A DNA stretch of 64,000 nucleotides, taken from positions 310,001-374,000 of the forward strand of contig NC_081331.1 in the NCBI RefSeq assembly GCF_022539665.2, read 5' to 3'. The notes beneath the pieces are model-generated. The model searched no databases. It saw only the letters and a program-made list of their open reading frames with translations, and was not told where the DNA came from. Source of the stretch: Daphnia carinata (lineage: Eukaryota). Of the stretch, positions 46,901 to 61,500 are shown piece after piece. Positions within the stretch are counted from its first letter, which is position 1, and each line of letters starts with the position of its first letter. The translations under genes and the position numbers were made by a program.

Positions 46901-49900
46901 AAGTAAGACGACGATGGAGGTCTCGTCGTCTCCAAGGCGCGCCCATTTGACATCGACATGCTAGGCTACATGCTTCTAATGTTACTCGTCTTACAGCAAA
47001 CTGCTCCGAGTATTGACAATGATCAAATGTTCAGAGAACAGCGGCAATTCCAGCCTAAATAACGTATGGAGAAATGATTTTAACTCTGACTGATGTTCTC
47101 TAATTGTTTTCAATTTTATGCTATCTGTCTAGTTCGTTTCTCGTCGAATGGCTAAATGAATGATAGCACACTGTTGGTGTAAAACATAACGTATGTTTGA
47201 TCGTCGTTCGAGTTTTCCAACACCGGTATAAAGTAAATATGTGAATCACTCTGCAAGTCCTACGGCTCTCTCCATGTGTAACTGATAAATCCATCTAGTT
47301 TCGCCCGACCCGTTGATGTTATAGCAAAAATCAAAATGAAATGCGATACCCTAATGAGATGGCTAATCCATACACACAGTTGTTTTCGTTCTTTTTATTT
47401 CTAGTTCGTTCGTTGATTTTGAACTTCTAAAAGGGGATGCCTTGAGCCAGATTCAATTTCAAAGATTTTCATCTTTTTTTTTTATGAAACAAGGAAAGGA
47501 CAAATCTTTTTTTTTTTTGTTCCACATGGTCAACGATTTCTACTGAAACATTTTCTTTTTGTAGGAAAGTCGTCAAAAACGGGAGGAGTGAAAACGGCAA
47601 AGGATGGCCTGGATAGTGTCAGCCGTCGATGATGTTGAAAAGCTGAAGGCTACTATGCATGTCATCGTAAAGGGCAACTCGCAGGCCTTTTATCCTTTGC
47701 CATATAAAACGAGTTGAAAGAAATTCAGGCCTAGAGCGGTGTAGTAACTTACAATTCATTTGAATAGCGATGAACGAATCAATTGCTCTCATTGTTTTCT
47801 TTTTAGTTGTTGAAGGAATTGATAAGGCTTATGGCCGTTGTATTGCGCCAAATAAATTCATACGGATCATTAGGCTATAGGCTATCAAAAAGGTTCAAAT
47901 GTTTAAAGAAAAAAATAACAAAGAAGTACAGGAAATGAAATGAAACATTAGGGCGTATGTACACGTCTGTATAAAGAAAAGGTTTGCTAATGCCATAACG
48001 TAACTCAAATTTCATTTACCTTCTATATTCTCGTCTGATAGTATTTTAGGCACATTTGAATTGGTTACGCTTCAATGTCTTTGACCACTGAGTTAAATTT
48101 ATTACAACATTATTACAATGATAAGTATTCAGTCGAACGGCATATTACTGGTTGAGTCATCTGAAACATAGACGGACTAGCGCAATACCCATCATCATAA
48201 GGCCCTATGTGATATTGGCGAGAACAAGGTCAGAGTGCATCAATTTCGATGTTATGGCACAAGAAAGCGGCAGTAGCATAAATAATAATTTCATCAATAA
48301 CTGTGATGTGTCGTCATGCAGAAAAAAGGGTTCGTCACCCAGTGACAAGATAATATGTCGATACTGGTAGAATTCATCGTTGTGTAGCCTTTATGTACAG
48401 TTGGAAGCGGTTGCTAACGTTCCAAGGCCTAGAAAGATGAAGGCCTAATGTTTTCGTCTTGAAATCTGCACCTGTACAACAATAAAAGAAAGATAAACAT
48501 CATCTATCGTGTCTTTAACATGTTGCTATTCAACCAATCAATCGCGTTAGACCCATCATATCCCAGTTATACTTTCCAGTGCATCAGTACCAGTGGTAGG
48601 AATATGGGAATGGCCTTGCTGTGCTATATGCGGTCGTTGGGGTCAAGTGCGGCTGCCGTTCCGATACAACAGAGGACTATACTATATCAACTGGCATCTA
48701 TAGGGGCATCAGCACTTTGCGCCTTTAGGAGGGAGAACGCACATACTAATAGAAAGGGACAGAACGTAAGACTATACGGCACAATGAGAGGACGTGTTGA
48801 AACATTTGCGGTCGACAGGGTCACGCGCACTGCTCTTGTCAACCTGAAGGAACCGCAACTCGAACCGGATTGCAACTCAAACTTCCCCCAAGCGCAAAAG
48901 CAGTAGCAATACAGAGCCCAAATAGCAGTCATATAGGCCTCCTACGTCTATAACGTAACATCACGTACAGTTACGAAAATAAAGACGTGCAAGAATACGA
49001 AGCATACATGGGAGTTTTTGGGGGGGCCAGGGGAAAAAAAAAATAAGAAGGATATAAGTCATCGACCATTGCACATTGACTTTGACTGCGCTATTCTCAC
49101 GTCACTTGCGCTACTTGCTGAACGAAACGGGTCGCATGGGTCGCTAGGGTCGTCAAAGGATACAGCTGATATCTTATAGCTATTGGCCCTATACTAGTTG
49201 TAGAGTGAAATCCCATGTAAAGTCTGTATCGCTACATAGCCACAGACGAAACTGAAACCGCAGTGGGTTGTGTAAAAAAAAAAATGCCCGACTTTTTTTT
49301 AGCAGTTGCCATGTATATAGGCATATATATCTCGCCCTAGCTATATCATGTTGAACTAACACACAGAGCCACGCAACATGGGGTGACTGGTTCCCACGAA
49401 TGTTACGCCCGCATATTATTGGTACATGGCATAAATAGCGACTTATAGCCTTCGGTCGGGTCACAACTCGGCCACTGTCACACTAATTGAAGTGAGGACG
49501 GTTATCGGCATTTAGGCTCTGAAGTAAACCTCATCATCTTCATATCTCGGTGATACGCAGTCTCACACTTTGTTCTTAAAAAAGATGGGGGGAAGATTGC
49601 TCATAAGTCGGCAGCTAAGTGTTAAAGAATAAGAAAATGAGGACCAAAGCTTTCCTCTCATTGGCCGCTTATTTTGCCCACAGATGTATGACCATCAGCA
49701 ATGCCAACTAACCGGAGCCCTTCAATAAAAATGGCGACAGACAATGCCGACAGGAAGTTTTAAGTCGACCATTCTTAGCGGAATCATCACAGAACAATTT
49801 GTGTGTACAGATTAGTAATAGAGTTGTTGGTCAGCAACTGAAAGCGGCCTTCGTTTAGGAAGCTTAGATCAACATCGAGACATGAGGAATGATTGCAAGA

Positions 49901-50061
49901 TAAGCCCATACAGAACTATAGAAAATCTAAAGTGAACGCTTCTTTTACCTGTTTATGCTGAGGATGCATTGGCATGACGATTCGAAGAGTATGCAAAATA
50001 ATTTGGCGGACGTAGTGAAGAATGAACAAAGTTGATTAGAAGACAACTTGACGAAGAGAAA

Positions 50062-51823
<1,762 letters not shown>

Positions 51824-54800
51824 TTATGTTTTCCTTTTTTTTTCGTATGTTTTTGCCGTAATAGACCCGACGCACAAGATATTCGTGATCTGCTACTGTC
51901 ACAATGTCACTTTCAAATTTGAATGTCAAATCATCAGCAATGAAAAAAAACAAAAACAATTGCCAACGGGGAATTTATGAAAAAAAAAAAAATAAACGAG
52001 GAGGCTCACTGAATGTGTGTCCGCTACTCCCGGAGCGTGACGATGTACAGCAGCACAGACTGGAGAGTGCCCTCTCGATATATGTGTAAAAAAGTTTAAA
52101 GAGCAAGCAGAAAGCGCGCGGACGATAGAGAGAGAGCGAGAGAGACAAGAACTCTAAAGTCAAAATGAAAAGGAAAAGTATATAGGACTATAGTGGATCT
52201 GACACTGGCGAGGCGCCATGCCCACCCTTCTCCTTCCAATTTGGCTTCTTATCCCTCCTCCTATTTGGCTTGCCTCCCCTCTCCTCCTCCTGATGTTGGC
52301 CGGCTCCAGCCAGTTCCAGCGTGTCGAACTTCCATCCATCCCAAGAAACGGCGGACGACGACGAGTTCTTTTTTTTTTTTTCGTGGAAAAGAAGGCGGGG
52401 TCAAGACTTGACGAGATGACCCCGTCCATCGGTCCTCGTGAAGCGGAACAAATCCAACTTGATCGCAGCCAGTCAGATGTTGCGGCCCAACCCGACGCGC
52501 GCGCGGCACCACGGCGCATCATGCGGCCAAGGGTCTACGCACCAGCGCCGCGTGCAACCCATTAGGCGGCGTTCAAACGTGAAAAACAAATGTCTTCCAT
52601 GCAAATGAATGAAATCAGGGGTAATTGACTAAAAAAAAAAAAAAAGAAAGGAAGATGAATAAAGAAATGGTGATATAGGATATCGACGGTCACGGAATCA
52701 AACGAGGCAATCAACATCCCAATCAAGTTGTGCGGCACTTTGCTGCTGATGCAAACAGTGTCGTCATGAAGGGCCTTTTTTTTTTATCGATGACAGAGGC
52801 ATGTGCACAATCTTTTTTTTGTAAGTCTGGCTGATGTGTGTGCGTGTGTCTCTGTGATGATCTCGGCCCTGTCTCTCCTTTCTCCCGATATACACACATA
52901 TAGAGAGCCAGCACACAACTACTGATAACCGCTGTGTGGGTATTACGTTCCTTTCTTTATCGTTTTCTCTGTACTCTACCCCATCATCTCACTTTTCTTT
53001 CCTCTTTCTCTCTCCTTTCTATTTTCATTTTGGTTGCCCAACTCTTCATCATCGGCGGATCGGGCATATCTGTTGGGGACTTTATCTTTCCATCTCTCGT
53101 CGGCAGTTGTCTTGATTCAAGAGCAAGAGTCCCATCTGCTGTCCCCACCCCGTTTTTGATTCTTATTTATCTGGAACACGTACGAATTGTGGCATGACTT
53201 CATCAACGAGCTAATAATGGGATTTATTGTGACAAAAAAAGTGATAGAGGCAATCGCTTCATAACAATCGAATGGAATATCATGTTAAAGCCAGATATCA
53301 GCACGGATTGCCGATGTTGCTGCTGCTATTATTAAATTGCGAATGGACATAAAAGGAGTGGCCAAAAGTCACGAGGGAAAGTAATAATAGGATAGAGAGA
53401 CGCGCTATTTCACATGGGGCTGTTGATCTATCAGATCGGTTCGGCCACAGCATGAATGCTATAGCTGCGGAAGACAAACAGCGCCCATGCGGCGTGTTGC
53501 TGCTGCTCGGCGGCGGCATACAGGCACAAGAATTCAGGAGTGATGACAGGACATTGGACAGTGGCATCTTCTTCTTCTTTTTTTTTTTTTTCCTTGGCGT
53601 CTTTTTTTACTTGTCGATGCTCTTCTTCCTTTTTTTTTTTGCCATAGCCCCTCGCGCCCTCTTCCACCTTCTCCTTCTGATGGCTGCTGGTATTCCTCCT
53701 GCCTCTTCAAAATGGCTGTCATCATCAACTCGCTGCCCCTTCATTGTCCCTTAAGTTTACAGTCCTTTAAGGCTTGCTTCCTTTTCTTTTCTGGATTTAG
53801 CAGTCGCTCACTGCACACCAGGGCTAAAAACTGGATGGTACGTTCATTCCGTTCCGGCGTGTCTGTCGGCAAAAGGCGCAAGTAGCAGAAGCATCCGTCC
53901 TATTTCTCTCTCTCATTCCTGCACATCGGTCGGCTCTCCGCATGGTGGCATGGCTCGTCCTGTTTACACGACAACTCGACCGAGCTGTTGCGTCCGAAAA
54001 AGACAGCGAGAAAAGAAAGAGAGAGACGAAACAGCACAGACGGCAAGAGAGTGGGGGCCCAGCTATATAATGGTTCTTTTACAGTTCATCCTTTTTCAGG
54101 AGTCTGGAAAGCTGGAGGGAAAAAAAAGAAAAAGGAAAACGACCGAAGAAAATAAAAACTTCGTCCAGCAACGGTCCGCATCCGTGGGAGGACGATGTTG
54201 GCCATGTGTGTCGGTTGCAGCTTCATCACCTGATAGTGTCGAGCAGCGCATCGGCGCAGTACCAACATCGTCATGCGTATGAGGCCTGGCCAATCGTTAG
54301 TGTATAGCTTTAAACCCTATGATCGCCATAGCGTGTAACTATAGAGACCAGCTATCTCTACGCATCTCTCTCATCCTCTTTCACTTTTTATTTTATTTTT
54401 TTGGTTCACTCTTTTTTTTTTTTCCCTGTGACTCTTATAAGTTATAACCCACCCTCTTCATGGCCGCCTGCTTGCTGTCCGCGCGTGCAATCTGGACTTT
54501 TTCCATCGTTCAGTTCGTTATATATCGCAGCAGCAGCAACACACATCACGATCCGACGCTGTTGGCTAGCCATCTTCATTTTTAAACATTAAACGTTGAA
54601 GAAAAAAAAGCGCAAGGAAACGAGGAATTTAACTGTAGCGACGTACAGTTGGATGATGTACGATCGGGAACTTAATCAAGGACGTTTGCTTTGTTGCATC
54701 ATGTACGTCTTCGATCCAAACATTTACAACTTCCAACAATGAGTTAACAAAAAGTACGAAACAATGTTACGTTGCTCAGATTTTGTTTTTGTGCGCGTCG

Positions 54801-54869
54801 TTTGAATAGATTTAGAATCGTATGAAAAATGAAATGACAGGCAGAGTTTTTTTCGTGTTGAGAAACGAG

Positions 54870-55000
54870 CACTTGAATGAACCACATCGGATCCACTTGA
54901 TGGCTGCTGCTGCTGGCGGGTGATAGATAGGCTAATGATGGGCAAACGCTCGTGCCTGCACCGGCTTTAGATGTTCATACGCCATTCGTGTGGCACTTGA
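54870..55000. promoter_or_regulatory. Candidate FoxF upstream enhancer with three NK-class (Tinman-type) sites
   Basis: CACTTGA occurs at 54870, 54894 and 54994, about 3 kb upstream of the FoxF ATG. Confidence 0.35.
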
Positions 55001-58000
55001 AATCTTCAGTCAAGTCAAGTAAGTATTTTAGAAGGCATGAATGTATGGAATGGCATGAAGCGGAAGTACAAACTTCATTCAACATCAATTGCGGCGAATG
55101 GATGAGCTGTATGTTTTTAAATGAGAATATTGGGTGGAATCATATTATTTAGATAATAGCAAACTTTCGCTTTAATGCCTTCATTCTATATATCTAGCCT
55201 ACCTTATATAGCCAAGTGTGTTTTCACCAATGCGCAACATCGGACGAATGTACCGTGATACGCAGTAGCCTAGCTTCTTAAAGAATTTGCAAAAAGAATA
55301 TACTGGGTGTTCCACCAGCTATTGGATGGCTTGGACCGTTATCTGTTTCTTGGACAGAGGCGGGCTGGATTGAGCCAGCGGCGGATGCATCAACGGATGT
55401 TAGTGACTCGATAAGGTCACAACTATTAATTGTAAGGTGCTGCGACAGGTTTGATGGGTATCCTAGACTTATCGTCAGAAAATAATGATTGAAATAATTC
55501 AATGTCTTGCTAGAGTTTTGATTTTTGATGGTATAGTTCAGCTTACTCACCATCGTCACATTCTTTCCTCTTATTTTTTTTCTTTTGAAATTAGTAAATT
55601 TTGTTCGTTTCACTTTCTTCCGTAACCCTCCTATTTATAGAGAGGAGTTTAGGGTTGTTTGTTGACCCATCACACGGGCTTGAAGGCCGGAGCCGGCCCG
55701 AGCCAGTATAGTAGTGGTGAACATCATGTCCCAGCCATGTTGTTTACACAAAAGGAGAGCAAAAGCAAGAGAGCGCCGGAGAGAGAGAGGGCTGATGGCA
55801 AGATAGAAAGAGAGAGACGAGATGGATGAAATGCAATTGCGAGTGACAAGTTCTGCGGAGCCCCCGGAACGGAGGACGTTTTAGTGTAATATGCCAAATA
55901 AGATAAAGCATCTGGCTGAGGCATACGGTAAAAAAAAAAAAAGAAGAGTGTTGTGTGTATATGTAAGAACATAACGCAATGCTGTTTCGACATGACACTT
56001 GCACTGGCCGAGAGGTTGAAATGAGGGACCAGAAAGCTGGGTGTAAAAATCCAGAAACAAGAGGATCATGTTGGTTGCTGGTACCAGAACAAAGTGTCAT
56101 GAATAACTATTATGTTCGTACATAGCTAATCCGTAGCTATACATGCAGCCGAGAAAGAGAGTGGGAGGCTGAAAAACGAATCATTAGTTATCCAAGCCAG
56201 CAGTAGAAAAGAAAACACATCAATTTGTGTAAACTAAAAGGAGCGACTCATCATATGCTTGTTGAAACAACTTGTACAGACAGTGAGGCGACCAAAGCCA
56301 ACCCATCATGAAACATAATGAGTCTCGACAAAATTGAGCTTCCGCCCTTCCATTAGCACATGCAGCACTAACATCAGGGCAGCCCTGTATACATAATCAG
56401 GGGAAGCAGCAAGATTGAATTCTCTTTGACAGACAGTTTAGTGTCTTATAACCCGCTGTCTTTTTCTATTCTGTTTTTCTTTCCTAAGGTTCACGGCTTT
56501 CGATGACACGGATATTATTTTTATGACGACCTATCAAGTTGTTGGCTTCTGTAAATTGCACGTCCATTTTTCCGCCATCATTAAGATAAACGTAAAGATT
56601 TATGTCATTTGGAGTTCCTTGTTCAATAGGTTACTTTTCAATATTTGGATCAGATTAACGTATGGCATGGGATGTTTGATTTAGATTGCATCACATATGG
56701 TTGTGCCAAGACCTAATGATCTTCTCTCGTTCACAAATTTCCGATTTCTTGACGTGTTTATTTCTAAACGCACTAAATAATGATACAAGATAGAAGCCAT
56801 GTAACACATCCTCAACTAAGCGTTATTACAATTTTGTTTTCGTTTCGCTTAAGAATAAGGCAGGAAAAACATGTTTGGGTTTTCTCCGCTCTATTTGCTT
56901 ACATACATAAATTTCACTAAATAGGAAAGATAACAATGAATCCGTCTTATACATGGAATATCCTGCGCAACCTTTGTGGTAGTCGTGACAAAATAAAGCA
57001 CAGAAGAATAGTCTGTAGTGACAATGCGTCCTTATTTATGGAACAAGCAGAGGAAGCGGTAAAAAATTGCTGGCGTTCTCAGCTTCAAGCTGATGTTCTG
57101 GCGAAAGCAGATGAAACGGCTGCTGATGGTTGCTGGACGGCGCTGCCACTCTTAGATCAACAATCAAATGCTGATGCCTTGGCTTTGTCTCGAAAGGGAA
57201 CACAGCAAGACACAGGGAAAAAGAGACAAGAAAGAGGCATTGAACAACTCTCACTTAAATTAACTACCAATCCGAATTAGTGAGGCGTTCATTTTAATAG
57301 AAAATCATCAAGCTGATGTCTATGAACGGCACTTGAAGGAATGAAACAAATTTGTAGCTATCAATCCTACATTTTTATTTATAATTAAATCGAGATAGTA
57401 AAGGTCCGTGACATTAGAAAAAACACAAAGGGCTTGGATGTGATGCAAGAACTATGCGTACAAGCATGCTGACAGAGAAAACATTGACAAAACGAAAGGC
57501 ATGGAGGAATTCCAGCAGCATCTATGGGCGACATCACTGATGTGGGTCTCGAACAAGCTCGCGTCTTTTTGGAACAGAACACGGTGCCTAACGGATTTAT
57601 TTATCTTGTAATGGCAGACGCTGGGATGGGCCATGCGTTTTCCAGTGCCTTCAGACATCGGAGACCTTTGGGTCTCCAGAACGGTAACTACGACCTTTGG
57701 CTATTGTGATAAGAATTCGACACCCCGCGTTGCTTCTCTTGACGACGACGGCCAGCCTTGCTGATGGTCTTATTTTCATTTGAAAAGGTGTATACACCAG
57801 TGTACCAAGTGTGGTCGCAGTGTAAGGCCAATACCACACATAGGGAATCAGCCACGGTCACTAGGGGGTGATAGTTGTCGTCGACTTTAGTTTGAAATAA
57901 CAATAGTCTAAACAAAATAACATTATGGAAAGGCATGGAAATATGGAAAAAACCATATCGAGTTGCGGTAAACCGGGATGTTCAAGAGAAAAGGGACCGC

Positions 58001-58596
58001 GGACCACCCGTATGATCTTGGAGCTGCTCCGCACTATACGCTACAATGTTATACGGCAAAAGAAAAAGAGCGGAAAGCGATGATGCCTTTGCGAGACGGA
58101 GTAAAGTACGGAGGCTTGGGCATCGACTTTGCCCCAGCAGTCCCCGAGCAGACTGTTATCCTGCAGTTCAGGGGTCAGAAAACTTGTTAAGAGCAACTAT
58201 GTAAAATAAAATCTGTTAAATATAAGCTTCTACATTTTTTAGGAGGTCCGAATGACTGACGTTCACTAAGATTGAAATCTATTGTCATACTTCTTCTGTA
58301 TTGCCCCATTCATATCATACACGCTTTATCAGCAGATAAGCTAGTCAATATTTGAGTAGTGTAAAAATAAAAATGTCTGGCTACAGAGTAAAATTCGCAT
58401 TTCTACGCTTATATTACCTAATTGACTCATATTAATTACTTTCTTTTCACTAGGTTGAACTTGAAATCGAAAAATGAGGAAAATTTTATTGAATAACTCC
58501 ACCTGCTGGCAATTTTTAGAAGTGTTATAGACAATAACAATGAAAAGTCAGTCGAAATACAAGTTAAGTTTCTTGTTAGAAATTTAGCTCCGAGAC

Positions 58597-61500
58597 ATGA
58601 TTAGGGGCGTAACGTCTGGCATTAGTTTCAGTTGCATTATTGGTAGTACTGCTATTCCGAAAAAGGCATTTCAGTCTGATATATCTCGGTCGAAAGTCTA
58701 TTTCTCTCGTCATCGTACACAAGTGCGACAGCTTTGTTCAAAGGAACTATTCAAACGTTCGTCTGTTGTTGACAGACTGTTGTGGCGAAACTTACAGCGC
58801 TCCCCAACCACCGTCGTATTTGGCAAACGTCATTTTCACAACTTAATCCTTTCACGACGTTCTTCAAATCGTTCGACAATGAGTCGACATTTCTCACTAG
58901 GAGAGGGTACTCTTCAGGTACCAATGGATTTATTTGCGCTTAACCGAAAGCGTTTATGCAAAAGCTTAAAGGAACTACCTAAAACACCAAAGAACAGTGT
59001 TGTAATTTTACAAGGTGGCCAGGGAGTGCCTCGTTACTGCACAGATGTTGAGTATCTTTTTCGCCAGGTATTTCTAGTGACTTTCAGCCATGTATTAATC
59101 CACATACTTAAATTATTTTAATTACATTATAGGAATCATTCTTCCACTGGGCTTTTGGTGTCATTGAACCAGAATTCTTTGGTGCCATTGAAGTGGACAC
59201 TGGTGTGTCTCATCTCTTCATCCCTAAATATCCAGAGGCATATGCAGTCTGGATGGGTAAAATATTTGGTTGCGAGCATTACCAGAAAAAGTATGGAGTT
59301 GATCAAGTTCATTATGTTGATGAGGCAAGTTGGCAGACACATTTATCGTGGTCATACTGAAATGCTAGGTCAAATTTTGCTTTTCATTTAGATGGCAATG
59401 GTTCTAGAAAAAGGCAAAGCAGAAATGGTGCTCACATTAGTAAGTATTGAAAAACAAATTTTCATTTAATGAAATTGGTAACCGTTGCAAATGAACTTTA
59501 GAAAGGAATGAACACGGATAGTAACCTATGGACCCGTGAAGCCGTTTTTGAAGGAATGAGCAAGTATGTATGTGTTATGTCAGTAGACTGATACAGTCCC
59601 ACTGAAAAACAAAGATAAAATTGTTTGCATCGTAGGTTCAAGATCGATAATGAGCTGTTGCATCCTGTCATCGTTGAATGGTAAGTTGCCTTTGGTTATA
59701 CCAACTATTATAGATTACAGAAATATTTGTGCAACGAATCGTTTGTTTCAATATCGAGTTGCTGAACCTTGTTGTTCTAGCAGACGATACCCGTAAACAG
59801 TGGTGAGGTAGTAATCCGTCATGTTTTGCAGCACGAATTCGAAAGTCTTGTTACATAAGTAGAAACTTTGCATTGAAAGGTCTCTTACTACGAGACAGCA
59901 ATGGCACTAGTTCTTCAAAATTATACCCGTTGGTTTATGTCTACTATCAAACTTGCATCACGGGTTAGTAGGACAGGCAAAACTAAAAGGTGGTGTAGCC
60001 ATGATAGTACCCCTCCTAGCCCACAATTCGGCCATTCTGTGATTCTACTTCAAGACGGATTAAACATTGAAGAACTGCCTATTGCAGTAAGAAGAGCCAA
60101 TAATCAATTTCTACAGATGAGATTGAAAAGTAATTTTGATGTCCAGAACAATTCTACGTCAACAAGAATCATTTCTTCTGATTCCATCTTCAAAAACTGT
60201 CAAAATCCTGAAGCAGTATTTTCCAAATTGGATGAATTCAATATAGATGAAGTTTCTGCTCTGCTTGCTTATCACGCCCTGGCCAAATTAGCCGAACTGG
60301 GAATGAATATTGAATATCGCAATCAAGGTGCAGAACTAGACAAGTCTTTCACCATAGACTCTGTACTCCTGCAACTAGGAAACATAATTTGCAAATCTGG
60401 AACAACAGATCATTTAATTGGATGTATGAAATTAATTCTCTTGCCCTCATTTCCTGGCAGAATTGGCTCTCTGAGGAAACTATTAGCTGAACAGTGCCTT
60501 AATCGAGTACTTGATAACATGTGCAACATTGTTCAAGTATGTCAAGTTGTCGAGATTTTCTCAGCCATGTCACAGCAATCGTGGGCCGATAAATGCTGGG
60601 TAGGGCTGATGGGCCGAAAGATCGACGAAGCCGACATTGTAAGAGTTTTCCAAATTTTACCACTTCTGAAAGAAAGTCAGCGGGCCGTCTTCAACCATCT
60701 AGAGAGACTCTTGGTCGCTGAAGCGAATTTACTAGAAGAGAGAAGTGTCCTACAAATTTTGGCCATTGTTAACGAACTTAGATTACCACACAGACGACTT
60801 TGCCTCCGTATGTCTAAATGGATGAGACTAAATCTCCATACTATGACTGAAGATGGGATAACAAAGATGTTGGTGTTGTACCGCCAGATGGATTACTCTG
60901 ATCCCCACCTGGTCCAAGCAATGGAACGATTCTTCAAATCGAGGACAAGCGGAGTGCAAGAAGAATTGATAGTAGCAGCATCGGATTATTTTCGGCACTT
61001 CCAGTTGTGTCCCACCGTGGTTTTAAACGTGGTAGCAAACAGTTTTTCCCGTCTAGGTCATAAAAAATTGAGTGTCAACACTGTTGAAGCTGTCTTGACG
61101 GCATTTGGCGTGCTTGATTTTCATCCTGAAAATGACTACGCATTCTGGTCAGCAGTTGAAGAAGTTATCGACAAAAGACTTATTGAATTTCGACCGGAAT
61201 CGCTTTTGGACGTATTCTTGTCGTGCATTTACCTTCAACGTTATCCATTAAACTTCGTCCCCAGACTTTTCTCTTCGCACTTTATCCATCGGTTGCATAG
61301 CCAAACGCAAGACGAGCTAATCGAGTCATGCCGTTCCAAGATGAAACTGCTTGATGCCGCCATGAGTTTCGAATGCGGCCAGTACGGTACATCCCATGTT
61401 CTACCCAAGGATTACCATGCAAAAGCGATGTTGCGGGACGGACGAATCTCTCGTGCCTCCAACCTACTGGTTACCCCACTTCAACAGATTTGCGAACATC

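Noticed and set aside
26000..50000. 60-170 aa ORFs across the intergenic desert, including a possible FoxL1 or FoxQ1
   Set aside because: They are Phe/Lys-rich translations of poly-T/poly-A runs with no forkhead or other motif and no coherent exon chain.
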